DNA of 64,000 nt. It comes from Syntrophorhabdales bacterium. GTDB lineage: Bacteria > Desulfobacterota > Syntrophorhabdia > Syntrophorhabdales > WCHB1-27. Location of the stretch: positions 6,460 to 70,459 of the forward strand of contig JBEKHB010000009.1 of the NCBI GenBank assembly GCA_050012495.1, in the 5' to 3' direction. This document shows positions 1-8,741 of the stretch, piece after piece; positions within the stretch are counted from its first letter, which is position 1; every line of letters begins with the position of its first letter. The notes under the pieces are model-generated. The model was not told the DNA's origin and did not search any database. It worked only from the letters and a program-made list of their open reading frames with translations. The translations under genes were made by a program, and so were the position numbers.

Positions 1-1840
1 CACGGTGGCTGAGCGGTTCGTCGAGGCAGGGAGGATGCCCGGCTTCACCATGACCCTCGACGCTTCCTTAAAGAGAAAGGACGGAGGCTGGCGCGTTGTT
101 GAGATGATCAGCAGGAACCTGCTCCACGATGCAAAAGTCGCCGGTATCGTGGTCAACGGCCGCGATGTTACCGAGCGGAAGCAGATAGAGGAGAAGCTGC
201 GGCGCATGCACCTCGAGCTGGAAAGGCGTGTGGAGGAGCGGACAGCCGAGCTTAGAGCCGCCTATCAGCGGCTTGAGGTCGAGATCAGGGGGCACAAAGA
301 GGCGGAAGAAGGACGGACGCGCCTTGCGACCGCAATAGAAGAGGGCGGCGACTGCGTGATTATCACCGACAGCCGCGGCGTTGTTCAGTACGTGAACCCC
401 GCCTTCGAAAAGGCGAGCCTTTACAGCAGGGAGGAGATTACAGGGCGCAGGTTTGACGTGCTGAGAGGGGGGGGCGAGGAGGACGCTTTTTGGGAAGACA
501 TGTGGCATGTGCTTGAGGCGGGCAACGTCTGGACAGGGCGCCTCGTCAACAGGAAAAAGGACGGCAGCTCTTACGAGGTGGAGAGGACCGTGTCGCCCAT
601 CAGGGACAAGGCGGGCGCGATTACCAACTATGTTGCCGTCGAGCGGGATATGACCGGACAGGCCGGGCTGGATGCGGAATTGCGGCAGGCCCAGAAGATG
701 CAGGCCATCGGTACCCTCGCCGGCGGCATCGCGCACGATTTCAATAACATCCTTGCGGCCATGATCGGCTTCACTGAGCTTGCCCTCGATGACCTCGAAG
801 AAGACAGCCGTGCGACGATGCACCTTGAGCACGTGCGCACCGCGGGTTACCGCGGCAGGGACCTCGTGAAGCAGATACTGACGTTCAGCCGTCAGGGCGA
901 GCAGGAGAAGAAGCCCGTGCAGGTGGTGCCGATCGTGCGGGAGGTGCTCAAGCTGATGCGCGCGTTGCTTCCCTCCACGGTTGATATCCGGCCGAGGGTC
1001 GAGACGGAGGAAGGGATAATCCTCGCCGACCCCGTGCAGATCCACCAGCTTCTCATCAACCTCTGCACGAATGCGGGGCAGGCAATGAAAGGAGGAAAAG
1101 GGGTGCTTGAGGTCAGGGTGAGTGATTTTATCCTTTCGGACCCCGCGGACGCCCCGTATCCGGATATGGAGCTCGGTCCCTACCTGAAGCTGTCCGTCAG
1201 CGACACGGGTGCGGGGATTGACGATCTGATAAAAGACAGGATTTTCGAGCCGTTTTTCACGACAAGAGAGTCCGGCGCCGCCGGGATGGGCCTTTCAGTG
1301 GTCTACGGAATAGTGAAGAGCCACCAGGGGGCCATCACCGTGAGCAGCGCTCCGGGGAAGGGCTCGACCTTCGCCGTCTACTTCGGAAAATTGAAGGATG
1401 GGCAAGCCTCGGCAGCCGAGGAGCATGCAAAGCCGGCCGCTCAACGGGTAACGGGGAAGAGGCGTATACTTTTCGTGGATGACGAAGAAGCCCTGGTAGA
1501 GGTAGGGAAACAGATGCTGGAGCGGCTCGGGTACGAGGTAGTCGCGGAAAAGGACAGCGTCAGGGCCCTGAAGCAGTTTCAGAGGGACCCGGGGAAGTTC
1601 GATCTTGTTATCACCGACCAGACCATGCCGAACATGACCGGCATCGAGCTTGCGAAAAGGATGATGTCCATAAAGAAGGATATACCGATCATCCTCTGCA
1701 CGGGCTTCAGCGAAGTGATATCGTCCGAGAGCGCGAAGGCGATGGGTATCCGCGAGTTCGTGATGAAACCGATCATCAAGAACGAGATGGCCGAAACCAT
1801 CAGGCGGGTCATCGCAGATGCGGAGGGCACGCCGGGGTAG
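1..1840 (+). CDS. Hybrid sensor histidine kinase/response regulator, 5' end outside window (PAS-PAS-HisKA-HATPase-REC)
   Basis: Track ORF 5..1840 is open to the window edge and begins inside a PAS domain (VNGRDVTERKQ). It has a second PAS (CVIITDSRGVVQYVNPAFE), H-box GIAHDFNNILAAM, ATPase boxes DTGAGI and GMGLSVV, and a C-terminal receiver RILFVDDEE...DLVITDQTMPNMTG. Confidence 0.9.
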   Translation, partial: TVAERFVEAGRMPGFTMTLDASLKRKDGGWRVVEMISRNLLHDAKVAGIVVNGRDVTERKQIEEKLRRMHLELERRVEERTAELRAAYQRLEVEIRGHKEAEEGRTRLATAIEEGGDCVIITDSRGVVQYVNPAFEKASLYSREEITGRRFDVLRGGGEEDAFWEDMWHVLEAGNVWTGRLVNRKKDGSSYEVERTVSPIRDKAGAITNYVAVERDMTGQAGLDAELRQAQKMQAIGTLAGGIAHDFNNILAAMIGFTELALDDLEEDSRATMHLEHVRTAGYRGRDLVKQILTFSRQGEQEKKPVQVVPIVREVLKLMRALLPSTVDIRPRVETEEGIILADPVQIHQLLINLCTNAGQAMKGGKGVLEVRVSDFILSDPADAPYPDMELGPYLKLSVSDTGAGIDDLIKDRIFEPFFTTRESGAAGMGLSVVYGIVKSHQGAITVSSAPGKGSTFAVYFGKLKDGQASAAEEHAKPAAQRVTGKRRILFVDDEEALVEVGKQMLERLGYEVVAEKDSVRALKQFQRDPGKFDLVITDQTMPNMTGIELAKRMMSIKKDIPIILCTGFSEVISSESAKAMGIREFVMKPIIKNEMAETIRRVIADAEGTPG

Positions 1841-1928
1841 GGCGTGGGCCGTTTTTGGCGCGTACGGTAATTTCTGCCGGATTCGTAAGACTAAAGGCTG
1901 TTCAGCGTCATGCATGGCCGCCTATGCT

Positions 1929-2507
1929 TTAGTGCCCGCGTTCACCATGTTCACCATGTTCACCATGTTCACCATGTTTGACATCCCTGCCGCGCTCCGC
2001 GCCGGGCTTCCCTGCGGGGCGCCCTCGCCCTTCTTCCGGCCTCCCTTCGGGCCTTCCGTGCCAGCCCGCCTTCCAGTCGCGGTCTTTCTCCCAATAACGG
2101 TTGCGTTCCCATCCCGCCCAGTTCTTTCTTAGCTCCCCGTATGGTATCCGACGCCATCCAGGCAGGATGTGGCGGTAGTCCGGCGGCAGTTGTAAGAGGA
2201 CGCCGGGAACCCTGGGACCGGGCACGAACATCCATGGGCCGTTGTAGGCTCCGGCGCTGAACCAGCGCCCCTGATGGAGGCGATACCAGTTGCCGGAGCA
2301 AAAGAATATGTCCGCGCCGATGTCCGGAACCATGTAGACGTAAGTCCCTGGAATCACGACCACCGACGGGGGAGCCGCGATCCGAAACGGTGGCGGGGGT
2401 CCGATGTGTACGTCCACGCTCACCTGGGCGGTACCCGGAAGGGGGAACACGATCAAGGGCACAATAAGTAATCCGGCGAGCAACAGCACACGTTTCAACA
2501 AGTCCAT
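1929..2507 (-). CDS. Secreted hypothetical protein, Trp/Arg/Gly-rich, with C-terminal (HGE)n tail
   Basis: Track ORF 1929..2564. I prefer the internal ATG at 2507 (MDLLKRVLLLAGLLIVPLIVFPLPGTAQV, a signal-peptide-like N-terminus), which has a GGAGG 7-11 nt upstream (cctcc at 2514-2518 on the plus strand). No family recognised. Confidence 0.55.
   Translation of the reverse strand: MDLLKRVLLLAGLLIVPLIVFPLPGTAQVSVDVHIGPPPPFRIAAPPSVVVIPGTYVYMVPDIGADIFFCSGNWYRLHQGRWFSAGAYNGPWMFVPGPRVPGVLLQLPPDYRHILPGWRRIPYGELRKNWAGWERNRYWEKDRDWKAGWHGRPEGRPEEGRGRPAGKPGAERGRDVKHGEHGEHGEHGERGH
1941..1976. repeat. Perfect 9-bp tandem repeat ttcaccatg x4, in frame inside the CDS above, encoding (HGE)4
   Basis: Read directly from the sequence: ttcaccatg ttcaccatg ttcaccatg ttcaccatg. 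Confidence 0.95.
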
Positions 2508-2593
2508 TAGCACCTCCTCGTAGATTATCTCGACAATTATAAGTACTCTGCCCATGGCCGGCATGTCAAGAGCAATGGGGCCAACTTAGTCTC

Positions 2594-2622
2594 TTGACTT
2601 CTCAAGGAATTAGGGGTAAAAA
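2594..2622 (+). promoter_or_regulatory. Sigma70-like promoter TTGACT-N17-TAAAAA upstream of the DUF1566 gene
   Basis: Hexamers and spacing read from the sequence. No experimental support. Confidence 0.35.
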
Positions 2623-2705
2623 GCTTATTCAAATAGGGCATCGTCAAAAGGTTTACAACTAATCAGAACCTTTTTGTGAGGGTGGTGCCATACAGGAGAC
2701 AAACC

Positions 2706-3206
2706 ATGACTCATAAAACAATCGCGACTTTATCATTAATTTCCATGTTGTTTGTTGCATCGGTCTGCATGGCCCAGGCGCAACCTTCTGTCCACGCGGC
2801 CAGGGAAACTGGCAGAGATGGACGTTTTATCGCCTATAACAACGGAACGGTTCTGGATACACGCACCAACCTCATGTGGGCAGCCGATGACAATGGTATT
2901 AATATTGACTGGTATAATGCGAAGAGCTATTGCGAGAGTTATCGCGGAGGCGGATATACGGACTGGCGTATGCCGAGGCAGGATGAGCTGGCGGGGTTGT
3001 ATGATGCGGCTAAAACTTACGAGTCTAACTGTGGTTATGATGTCTATTTAACAGCATTGATTCATCTTTCTTGTAGTGCTCTCTGGGCATCGGAGACGCA
3101 AGGCGCCGCCGCCGCTGCCTTCCGTTTCCGCGATGGCGAGCGGGGCTGGGCCCCCCAGTCAGGCAGCGGCACCCTCCGGGCACTCCCGGTGCGTTTTGAC
3201 AGATAG
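2706..3206 (+). CDS. DUF1566 (Lcl C-terminal-like) domain secreted protein
   Basis: Track ORF 2676..3206. The ATG at 2706 follows aggaga. The N-terminus is signal-like (MTHKTIATLSLISMLFVASVCMAQA). The motif LMWAADDNG...WYNAKSYCESYRGGGYTDWRMPRQDELAGLY is typical of DUF1566. Confidence 0.7.
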   Translation: MTHKTIATLSLISMLFVASVCMAQAQPSVHAARETGRDGRFIAYNNGTVLDTRTNLMWAADDNGINIDWYNAKSYCESYRGGGYTDWRMPRQDELAGLYDAAKTYESNCGYDVYLTALIHLSCSALWASETQGAAAAAFRFRDGERGWAPQSGSGTLRALPVRFDR

Positions 3207-3287
3207 ATTATTTGCCCAAACCCCTGTCTCTCCACAAGGCTTTTTACTTTTCAGTCAAGTCTATTCCTGACTTCCCAGGGGATAATA

Positions 3288-3355
3288 GGGTCAAATCTTT
3301 ATCCTTGAATTTGCGAGGTTAGGTCTGGGTAATGTAAAGGATAAAGATTTGACCC
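3288..3355. repeat. Perfect 19-bp inverted repeat (gggtcaaatctttatcctt / aaggataaagatttgaccc) with a 30-nt spacer
   Basis: Arms at 3288-3306 and 3337-3355 are exact reverse complements. Intergenic, with no flanking T-run. Confidence 0.95.
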
Positions 3356-3462
3356 ACGGTGCCCCGCAAAGCGAAAAAGAGATAGAGGGTTGACAGGAAA
3401 GCACAAATCGACTACAAATAACGTGCGTGATGCCGCAAAATCTCTCGCGGAGGCAGTGAGCC

Positions 3463-5013
3463 ATGACCCTTCCTGAAGCCTATATCATCACCTTTATCGC
3501 CAGCTTTTGCTCGCTTGTCATCGAAATGGTGGCAGGCCGCATCCTGGCCCCCTTTGTCGGTGTCTCTCTTTACACGTGGACGAGCATCATCGGCATCATA
3601 CTGGCGGGGATCAGCATAGGCGCGTATATCGGAGGGAAGCTGGTCGACCGCTACCCCCGCCGGAGAACGCTCGGCATACTGCTTTTTCTGTCCGGCGTTG
3701 CCGCCCTCGCGATCATCCCCCTGACAAACATGGTTGCCGCCTACCAATTCCCTTTCTCCCTCATGTGGCGCATCTTCACGGTAACCGCGATCATTTTTTT
3801 CATTCCCGGCTGTATACTGGGCACCATCTCGCCGGTCGTCGTCAGGCTGACGCTCCAGAACCTGAACAAGGCGGGCAACGTCATAGGGAAGATCTACGCA
3901 TTCTCGACCTTCGGGGCTATTATCGGCACCTTTGCCACGGGGTTTCTGCTGATTTCCTGGATGGGCACGAGGAACATCATTTTTACGATGGGCGTCATCC
4001 TGATCATTACCGCCCTGCTGGCGGGCGGTCTTTTCAAAAGGCGGATAGCGACGAGCACCTGCGTGGCGGTCTGTGCCCTCTCCCTCGCGCCGCTCTATAT
4101 CGCGGCCTACCGGAACCCCGTGAATGACCGTACCTATTATTACAAGGAGAGCGATTACTATACGATCAAGCTGACAAAGACAACAAGCTCCGACCGGCGG
4201 ACCCCCCTTGAGACGCTGGTGCTCGACCATCTTATCCATTCATACGTGAGCCTCGACAACCCCCTTCATATCGAATACGACTACGAGAAGATTTACGCCG
4301 AGGTCATGAAATGGATGTACAAGCCGCAGAGCCCCTTCAAGAGCCTCTCCATAGGAGGAGGGGGTTACACCTTCCCCCGCTACATGGAATTGTCCTATCC
4401 AAAGGCGCATATCGATGTGGTCGAAATAGACCCGGAAATAACACGTGTGGTCTATAAATATCTGGGGCTTCCCCGGGACACGAGGATAAGGACGTTCAAT
4501 ACCGACGGGCGATGGTTTGTCATGAACTGCAAGGAGAAGTACGATATCATTTTTACGGACGCCTTCAACGACCTTTCCATACCCTATCACCTCACTACCA
4601 GGGAGTTTGTCCGGCAGCTCAACGGGACCCTGAACGACGACGGCATTCTCATGTCGAACGTCATCGACAACTTTCAGAAAGGGGCTTTTCTCCCTTCGTA
4701 CCTGCGTACGCTGGGTGAGGTATTCGGGGAAAGGAACGTCTATTTGATCTCCATCAGGCCCGATTTCAAGAATGTCCGCATCAGCACCTTCATCGTTGTC
4801 GCGACGAAAGGCAACCGCGATATGTCGAGATTCGACGCATGGCTGAAGGACAAGCTCCGGGGCCGTGCCAAATCGGTCCTGGTCTCCGACGCCCTGATGA
4901 GGGAGCTGCGGACGAACCGTCAGTCTATCGTCCTCACCGATGACTATGCGCCCGTGGACAACCTCATCGCCCCCATCTTCGAGGAGAGATTCGGCTACAA
5001 TAGGAAGCACTGA
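3463..5013 (+). CDS. Fused polytopic membrane domain / spermidine synthase-like (PABS fold) protein
   Basis: The N-terminal ~200 aa are hydrophobic helices. The C-terminal half carries the aminopropyltransferase/methyltransferase-like motifs SIGGGGYTFPRYM, DVVEIDPEITRV and DIIFTDAFND. Confidence 0.8.
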   Translation: MTLPEAYIITFIASFCSLVIEMVAGRILAPFVGVSLYTWTSIIGIILAGISIGAYIGGKLVDRYPRRRTLGILLFLSGVAALAIIPLTNMVAAYQFPFSLMWRIFTVTAIIFFIPGCILGTISPVVVRLTLQNLNKAGNVIGKIYAFSTFGAIIGTFATGFLLISWMGTRNIIFTMGVILIITALLAGGLFKRRIATSTCVAVCALSLAPLYIAAYRNPVNDRTYYYKESDYYTIKLTKTTSSDRRTPLETLVLDHLIHSYVSLDNPLHIEYDYEKIYAEVMKWMYKPQSPFKSLSIGGGGYTFPRYMELSYPKAHIDVVEIDPEITRVVYKYLGLPRDTRIRTFNTDGRWFVMNCKEKYDIIFTDAFNDLSIPYHLTTREFVRQLNGTLNDDGILMSNVIDNFQKGAFLPSYLRTLGEVFGERNVYLISIRPDFKNVRISTFIVVATKGNRDMSRFDAWLKDKLRGRAKSVLVSDALMRELRTNRQSIVLTDDYAPVDNLIAPIFEERFGYNRKH

Positions 5014-5044
5014 GAAAAAAAGTTTTTCGGGGCAACAATTGTTG

Positions 5045-5073
5045 TTGACACGGGTGGTGAAATGTATTATTGT
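5045..5073 (+). promoter_or_regulatory. Sigma70-like promoter TTGACA-N17-TATTGT, abutted by the 12-bp palindrome caacaattgttg (5033-5044)
   Basis: Read from the sequence in the 327-bp AT-richer gap before tolQ. Confidence 0.4.
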
Positions 5074-5269
5074 ATGCAATGGTTATGTTACATAATTCAC
5101 AACAACACGGGCCAGGCAGGAAAAGGCAACCTTCAGGCCGGGTGAGTGATTTGATGTAAGGCGGTAATTGCAAGGTGTCAGGCACACGTGAATGTGATGA
5201 CATTCACAATAGAGGAATATACAGCGACTTATCCCGTTAATTCGCAACTTCTCATACTTACTCCCCTTT

Positions 5270-5299
5270 CCCCCTGGGACCCCCCCAGGGGGTTTTTTT
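5270..5299 (+). terminator. Intrinsic terminator: ccccctggg-acccc-cccaggggg followed by T7
   Basis: A 9-bp GC stem, a 5-nt loop and a run of 7 T at 5293-5299. The T-run is present only in the plus orientation. Confidence 0.7.
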
Positions 5300-5340
5300 A
5301 CTCTTTACAATTCCTTGCTATTACGATATCATGAGACACC

Positions 5341-6015
5341 ATGGAAATTGCAGACCTTAACGTATACTCAGGCGGATTAATCGGCCTGATCTTATCGGCG
5401 GGACCTGTGGCAAGAGGGGTTGTCATGCTCCTTCTTTTCTTCTCCGTGGTCTCCTGGACGATCATTTTCTACAAGTGGCGGCAGTTGAGTGTGGCGGAAC
5501 ACGAGGGAATAAAGTTCCTGAAGATCGCAAAGGACAGCGAATCATTCAAACGGCTTGCCACGACGTACGCCGATAACCCGGACAGCCCTTTTTATAAGCT
5601 TGTTCTTGCGTCTTATAGGGAGCTCGCAGGGAGGCAGAAGGAGGGTACGGGTCCAGTCGTCGGCCTGGTGCCGGCAGTGGAAAGCGTGTTGAGGGTCTCC
5701 GTAGCGGAGGAGACGGAGAGGCTCGAACACCGTCTTTCTTTTCTTGCGACTACCGCAAATACCGCCCCTTTCATAGGGCTATTCGGAACGGTCTGGGGGA
5801 TTATGGATTCCTTCCGGGAGATAGGCATGAGGGGCACGACAAGTCTTGCCGTCGTGGCGCCGGGCATCAGCGAAGCCCTCATCACGACCGCTCTCGGCCT
5901 TGCGACGGCTATCCCCGCTGTGCTCGGGTATAACTATCTTGTCAGCAGGCTTAAAGGCGTCTCCGTCAAGATGGAGAACGCTTCCGCTTACATAGTCAAC
6001 CTCATCAGCCGATGA
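5341..6015 (+). CDS. MotA/TolQ/ExbB family proton channel
   Basis: Motif APFIGLFGTVWGIMDSF...APGISEALITTALGLATAIPAVLGYNYL. No TolB/Pal genes follow, so TolQ versus ExbB is unresolved. Confidence 0.9.
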   Translation: MEIADLNVYSGGLIGLILSAGPVARGVVMLLLFFSVVSWTIIFYKWRQLSVAEHEGIKFLKIAKDSESFKRLATTYADNPDSPFYKLVLASYRELAGRQKEGTGPVVGLVPAVESVLRVSVAEETERLEHRLSFLATTANTAPFIGLFGTVWGIMDSFREIGMRGTTSLAVVAPGISEALITTALGLATAIPAVLGYNYLVSRLKGVSVKMENASAYIVNLISR

Positions 6016-6422
6016 ATGGACCAAAACAGTCAAAAAGCGTATTAGCCGACATCAACATCATCCCCCTGGTCGATGTCATGCTCGTGCTGCTGATCATATT
6101 CATGATCACTGCTCCCATGATGCAGCAGGGACTGCCTATCGATCTGCCGAAGGTGACGACGAAGCCCTTGCCGTCAAAGGACGAGGTTCAGACCATCACC
6201 GTCACAAAAGAGAGGACGGTCATACTAAATGCCAAGAGGGTTGACATACAAGACCTGAAGCCGGCGATAGAGCTCCTCTTCGCGAACAAGACCGACAAAG
6301 AGATCTTCCTCAAGGCCGACAGCGGGGTTCCTTATGGTTTTGTGGTGAGCTGCATGGGCATCATACGGGAAGCCGGGGTAGAGAAGGTCAATATAGTCAC
6401 CAGGCCCGCAGATGCGAGATGA
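6012..6422 (+). CDS. ExbD/TolR family protein
   Basis: Motif INIIPLVDVMLVLLIIFMITAP. ATGA overlap with the upstream gene. Confidence 0.9.
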   Translation: MNGPKQSKSVLADINIIPLVDVMLVLLIIFMITAPMMQQGLPIDLPKVTTKPLPSKDEVQTITVTKERTVILNAKRVDIQDLKPAIELLFANKTDKEIFLKADSGVPYGFVVSCMGIIREAGVEKVNIVTRPADAR

Positions 6423-7186
6423 GAGAAGAGAACTGGTACAAAATGCTCATCGCGTCGGTGGTCCTCCATGTGTTCATCATAGGGGCCTTCAGTGTTCCCG
6501 TGAAGAAGACATTCAAGAAAGCCGATCTTTCCTATTATTCCGTGAACCTTGTGAGTGACGAGGCCGGCGGCGGCGCCGCGAAGGCGCTCCCCACGGAAGG
6601 CGCCAAGCTGTCGCCCGCGGCGCAAAAGAACGCGGAACCGAAGAAGCCCCTCCGGAAGGAGAAGGCCGTCGAAAAAGAGCGGGTTGTTACCCGCACGAAA
6701 GAAAGGTCACTGGCGGAGAAGAGGAAAGATATGCCTGTGGAGCCGACAAAGGCCGAGGTCAGGAGCCTCGATCAAAGAATCAGGGAGATGAGGTCGCACA
6801 CCCGGTACATGGATGTATCGGGAGGGAAAGATAAGGCCGCAGGAATCGGGCCGGGTCTTCCCGGCGCCTCTACAGGCGGCTCGGGGACAATCGATCCGAT
6901 CTTGCAGAAGTACTATGCGGATGTGTGGGAGAGGATCGAGGAGAGCTGGCATTCGCCCAGCCTTTCCGTTAGTAAGAACCTTCTTACCACAGTGTCGATC
7001 AAGATAAGGAAGGATGGGAGGATCACCGACTGGACAATAGAACAGAGGTCGGGAAACAGGGCCTACGACGAGTCGATTGCCCGGGCGCTCCGGTCCATAG
7101 ATACACTGCCGCCCTTTCCGCCCTCACTCACTACGGATTACCTTGAGGTGGGCTTCAACTTCCATCCCCCCGGTGTTAACCGATGA
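6419..7186 (+). CDS. TonB/TolA-like energy transducer (N-terminal anchor, Lys/Glu/Pro-rich linker, TonB-C-like domain)
   Basis: The TM segment LIASVVLHVFIIGAF is followed by a charged linker. The C-terminus has YYADVWERIEESW...TVSIKIRKDGRITDWTIEQRSGNRAYDESIARAL. Confidence 0.75.
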   Translation: MREENWYKMLIASVVLHVFIIGAFSVPVKKTFKKADLSYYSVNLVSDEAGGGAAKALPTEGAKLSPAAQKNAEPKKPLRKEKAVEKERVVTRTKERSLAEKRKDMPVEPTKAEVRSLDQRIREMRSHTRYMDVSGGKDKAAGIGPGLPGASTGGSGTIDPILQKYYADVWERIEESWHSPSLSVSKNLLTTVSIKIRKDGRITDWTIEQRSGNRAYDESIARALRSIDTLPPFPPSLTTDYLEVGFNFHPPGVNR

Positions 7187-7974
7187 CAACCGTTCAAAGC
7201 GTTATCATGGGCGCCGTACAGGGCGTGACGGAATTTCTGCCGATAAGCAGCAGTGCCCACCTCGTCGTTATTCCCTGGATCTTCCACATGGACGAGGGGA
7301 ATATCCACAAGCTCACCTATGACGTGGTGCTCCACTTCGGGACCCTTCTCAGCCTCTTTGTCGTCTATGCGGGGAGGTTTGCGGCTGTCTGCCGTGACGA
7401 CCTTCGCAGGGTTCGGGAAGGCGCGCTTGGCCGGTGCGTGCTCCTGAAGATAGCGGTCGGCACGATACCTGCAGGCGTTGGCGGGCTCTTATTAAAGGAT
7501 ATCATCGAAACCCGGCTCCGGGCGCCCTACATCGTGGTCTTTACCCTTATCGCCGTATCGCTTCTTATGTTGCTCGCAGAGAGGATGCGCACGACCCGGA
7601 AGGAAGGAGATGTATCCTTCGGGTTCGCCCTCGCGATCGGCGTCGCCCAGGCGATGGCCCTCGTGCCCGGCATATCGAGGAGCGGCATCACCATTACCGC
7701 AGCAATGCTTCTGGGAATGAAGCGCGGTGACGCGGTCGACTTTTCCTTTCTCCTCTCTATTCCGATCGTGCTCGGCGTCTCTCTCTACGAGGGCCGCCAT
7801 GTCTCCTTCGGCGGGCCGGAAAGCGTCCTCTATCTCGTGGGGGCACTCTCTGCGTTCGTTTTCGGGACCGTTAGTCTCACGTTCCTCATCGGCTACCTCA
7901 GGAAGCACTCACTCGATGTCTTTGCCTACTACCGGATAGGTCTCGCCGCCCTCATTGCCCTTCTTTCTCTCTAA
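7183..7974 (+). CDS. uppP: Undecaprenyl-diphosphate phosphatase (BacA/UppP)
   Basis: Signature motifs GVTEFLPISSSAHL and PGISRSGITI. ATGA overlap with the TonB-like gene. Confidence 0.92.
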   Translation: MTTVQSVIMGAVQGVTEFLPISSSAHLVVIPWIFHMDEGNIHKLTYDVVLHFGTLLSLFVVYAGRFAAVCRDDLRRVREGALGRCVLLKIAVGTIPAGVGGLLLKDIIETRLRAPYIVVFTLIAVSLLMLLAERMRTTRKEGDVSFGFALAIGVAQAMALVPGISRSGITITAAMLLGMKRGDAVDFSFLLSIPIVLGVSLYEGRHVSFGGPESVLYLVGALSAFVFGTVSLTFLIGYLRKHSLDVFAYYRIGLAALIALLSL

Positions 7975-8703
7975 CGCGCGCCAGCACGAGGCAAAGAACC
8001 GGACGACGAAATCCCTCCCGAAATAGAGGCTTGCCGTAAGAGTGAGACTGCCGGCAAGGAGCAGCCAGAAGGAGACGAACCGCCCATGCCGTATCGCATC
8101 GCCCTGCATGCATAGAATAATCGTGCCGGGCAGACGGCCGCACACGTTCATCAACACAAAATCGAGGTACCGCATGCGCGTGAGGCCGAGGAGATAGCAC
8201 AGGGAATCCTTGGGAAAGCCTGGTATGAGAAAAAACACAAACGTGATGTTGAGGGCCTTGTGCGTGGCCATGAAAGCATCGAACCTGTCGAAGTATTCCT
8301 TCTTTACGATCCTGCGGACCAAGCCCGACCCGAAGTAACGGGCGACCCAGAAGGCGACGACGGCGCCGACGGTCAGGCCGATGGTTGACAGCAACGTGCC
8401 GTACAGCATGCCGAAGAGAAGGCCGCCGACAAAACCGGTCACCTCTCCGGGCACGGGGGCGACCACCACCTGGACTATCTGCAGGAAAACGAAGGCTAGA
8501 GCCGAGTAAGGGCCGAAGGAGGCGAGAAACGCCCTTAACCTTCTCCCTTCGAAGAAATATTTGTAGTAATGAAGGATGAATCTCCAGGCCCCTTCATGGT
8601 AAAGATAAAATATGAAGCAGATGAGGACAACAACGGAAAGCATAAAGAGCAGCCTGAGAACGGAACGCCGGAGCCGGGCTGTAAGGCGCTGAGTTTCCTT
8701 CAT
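7909..8703 (-). CDS. DedA-superfamily (TVP38/TMEM64, SNARE-associated/VTT domain) membrane protein
   Basis: Polytopic protein with motifs VAPVPGEVTGFVGGLLFG and FLIPGFPKDSLCYLLGLT. Its 3' end overlaps the uppP 3' end by 66 nt. Confidence 0.75.
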   Translation of the reverse strand: MKETQRLTARLRRSVLRLLFMLSVVVLICFIFYLYHEGAWRFILHYYKYFFEGRRLRAFLASFGPYSALAFVFLQIVQVVVAPVPGEVTGFVGGLLFGMLYGTLLSTIGLTVGAVVAFWVARYFGSGLVRRIVKKEYFDRFDAFMATHKALNITFVFFLIPGFPKDSLCYLLGLTRMRYLDFVLMNVCGRLPGTIILCMQGDAIRHGRFVSFWLLLAGSLTLTASLYFGRDFVVRFFASCWRALERKKGNEGGETYPVVGKDIE

Positions 8704-8741
8704 ATTCCGGCAGTTTTAGGCCGCGCCTTCCTTTGAAGGGA

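Noticed and set aside
1941-1976. Tandem repeats as a CRISPR array or mini-array.
   Set aside because: The 9-bp units are contiguous with no spacers, and they lie inside a coding frame.
5199-5339. A 46-codon ORF (MTFTIEEYTATYPVNS...) in the tolQ upstream region.
   Set aside because: No SD is present. It reads straight through the terminator stem and T-run, and it has no recognisable motif.
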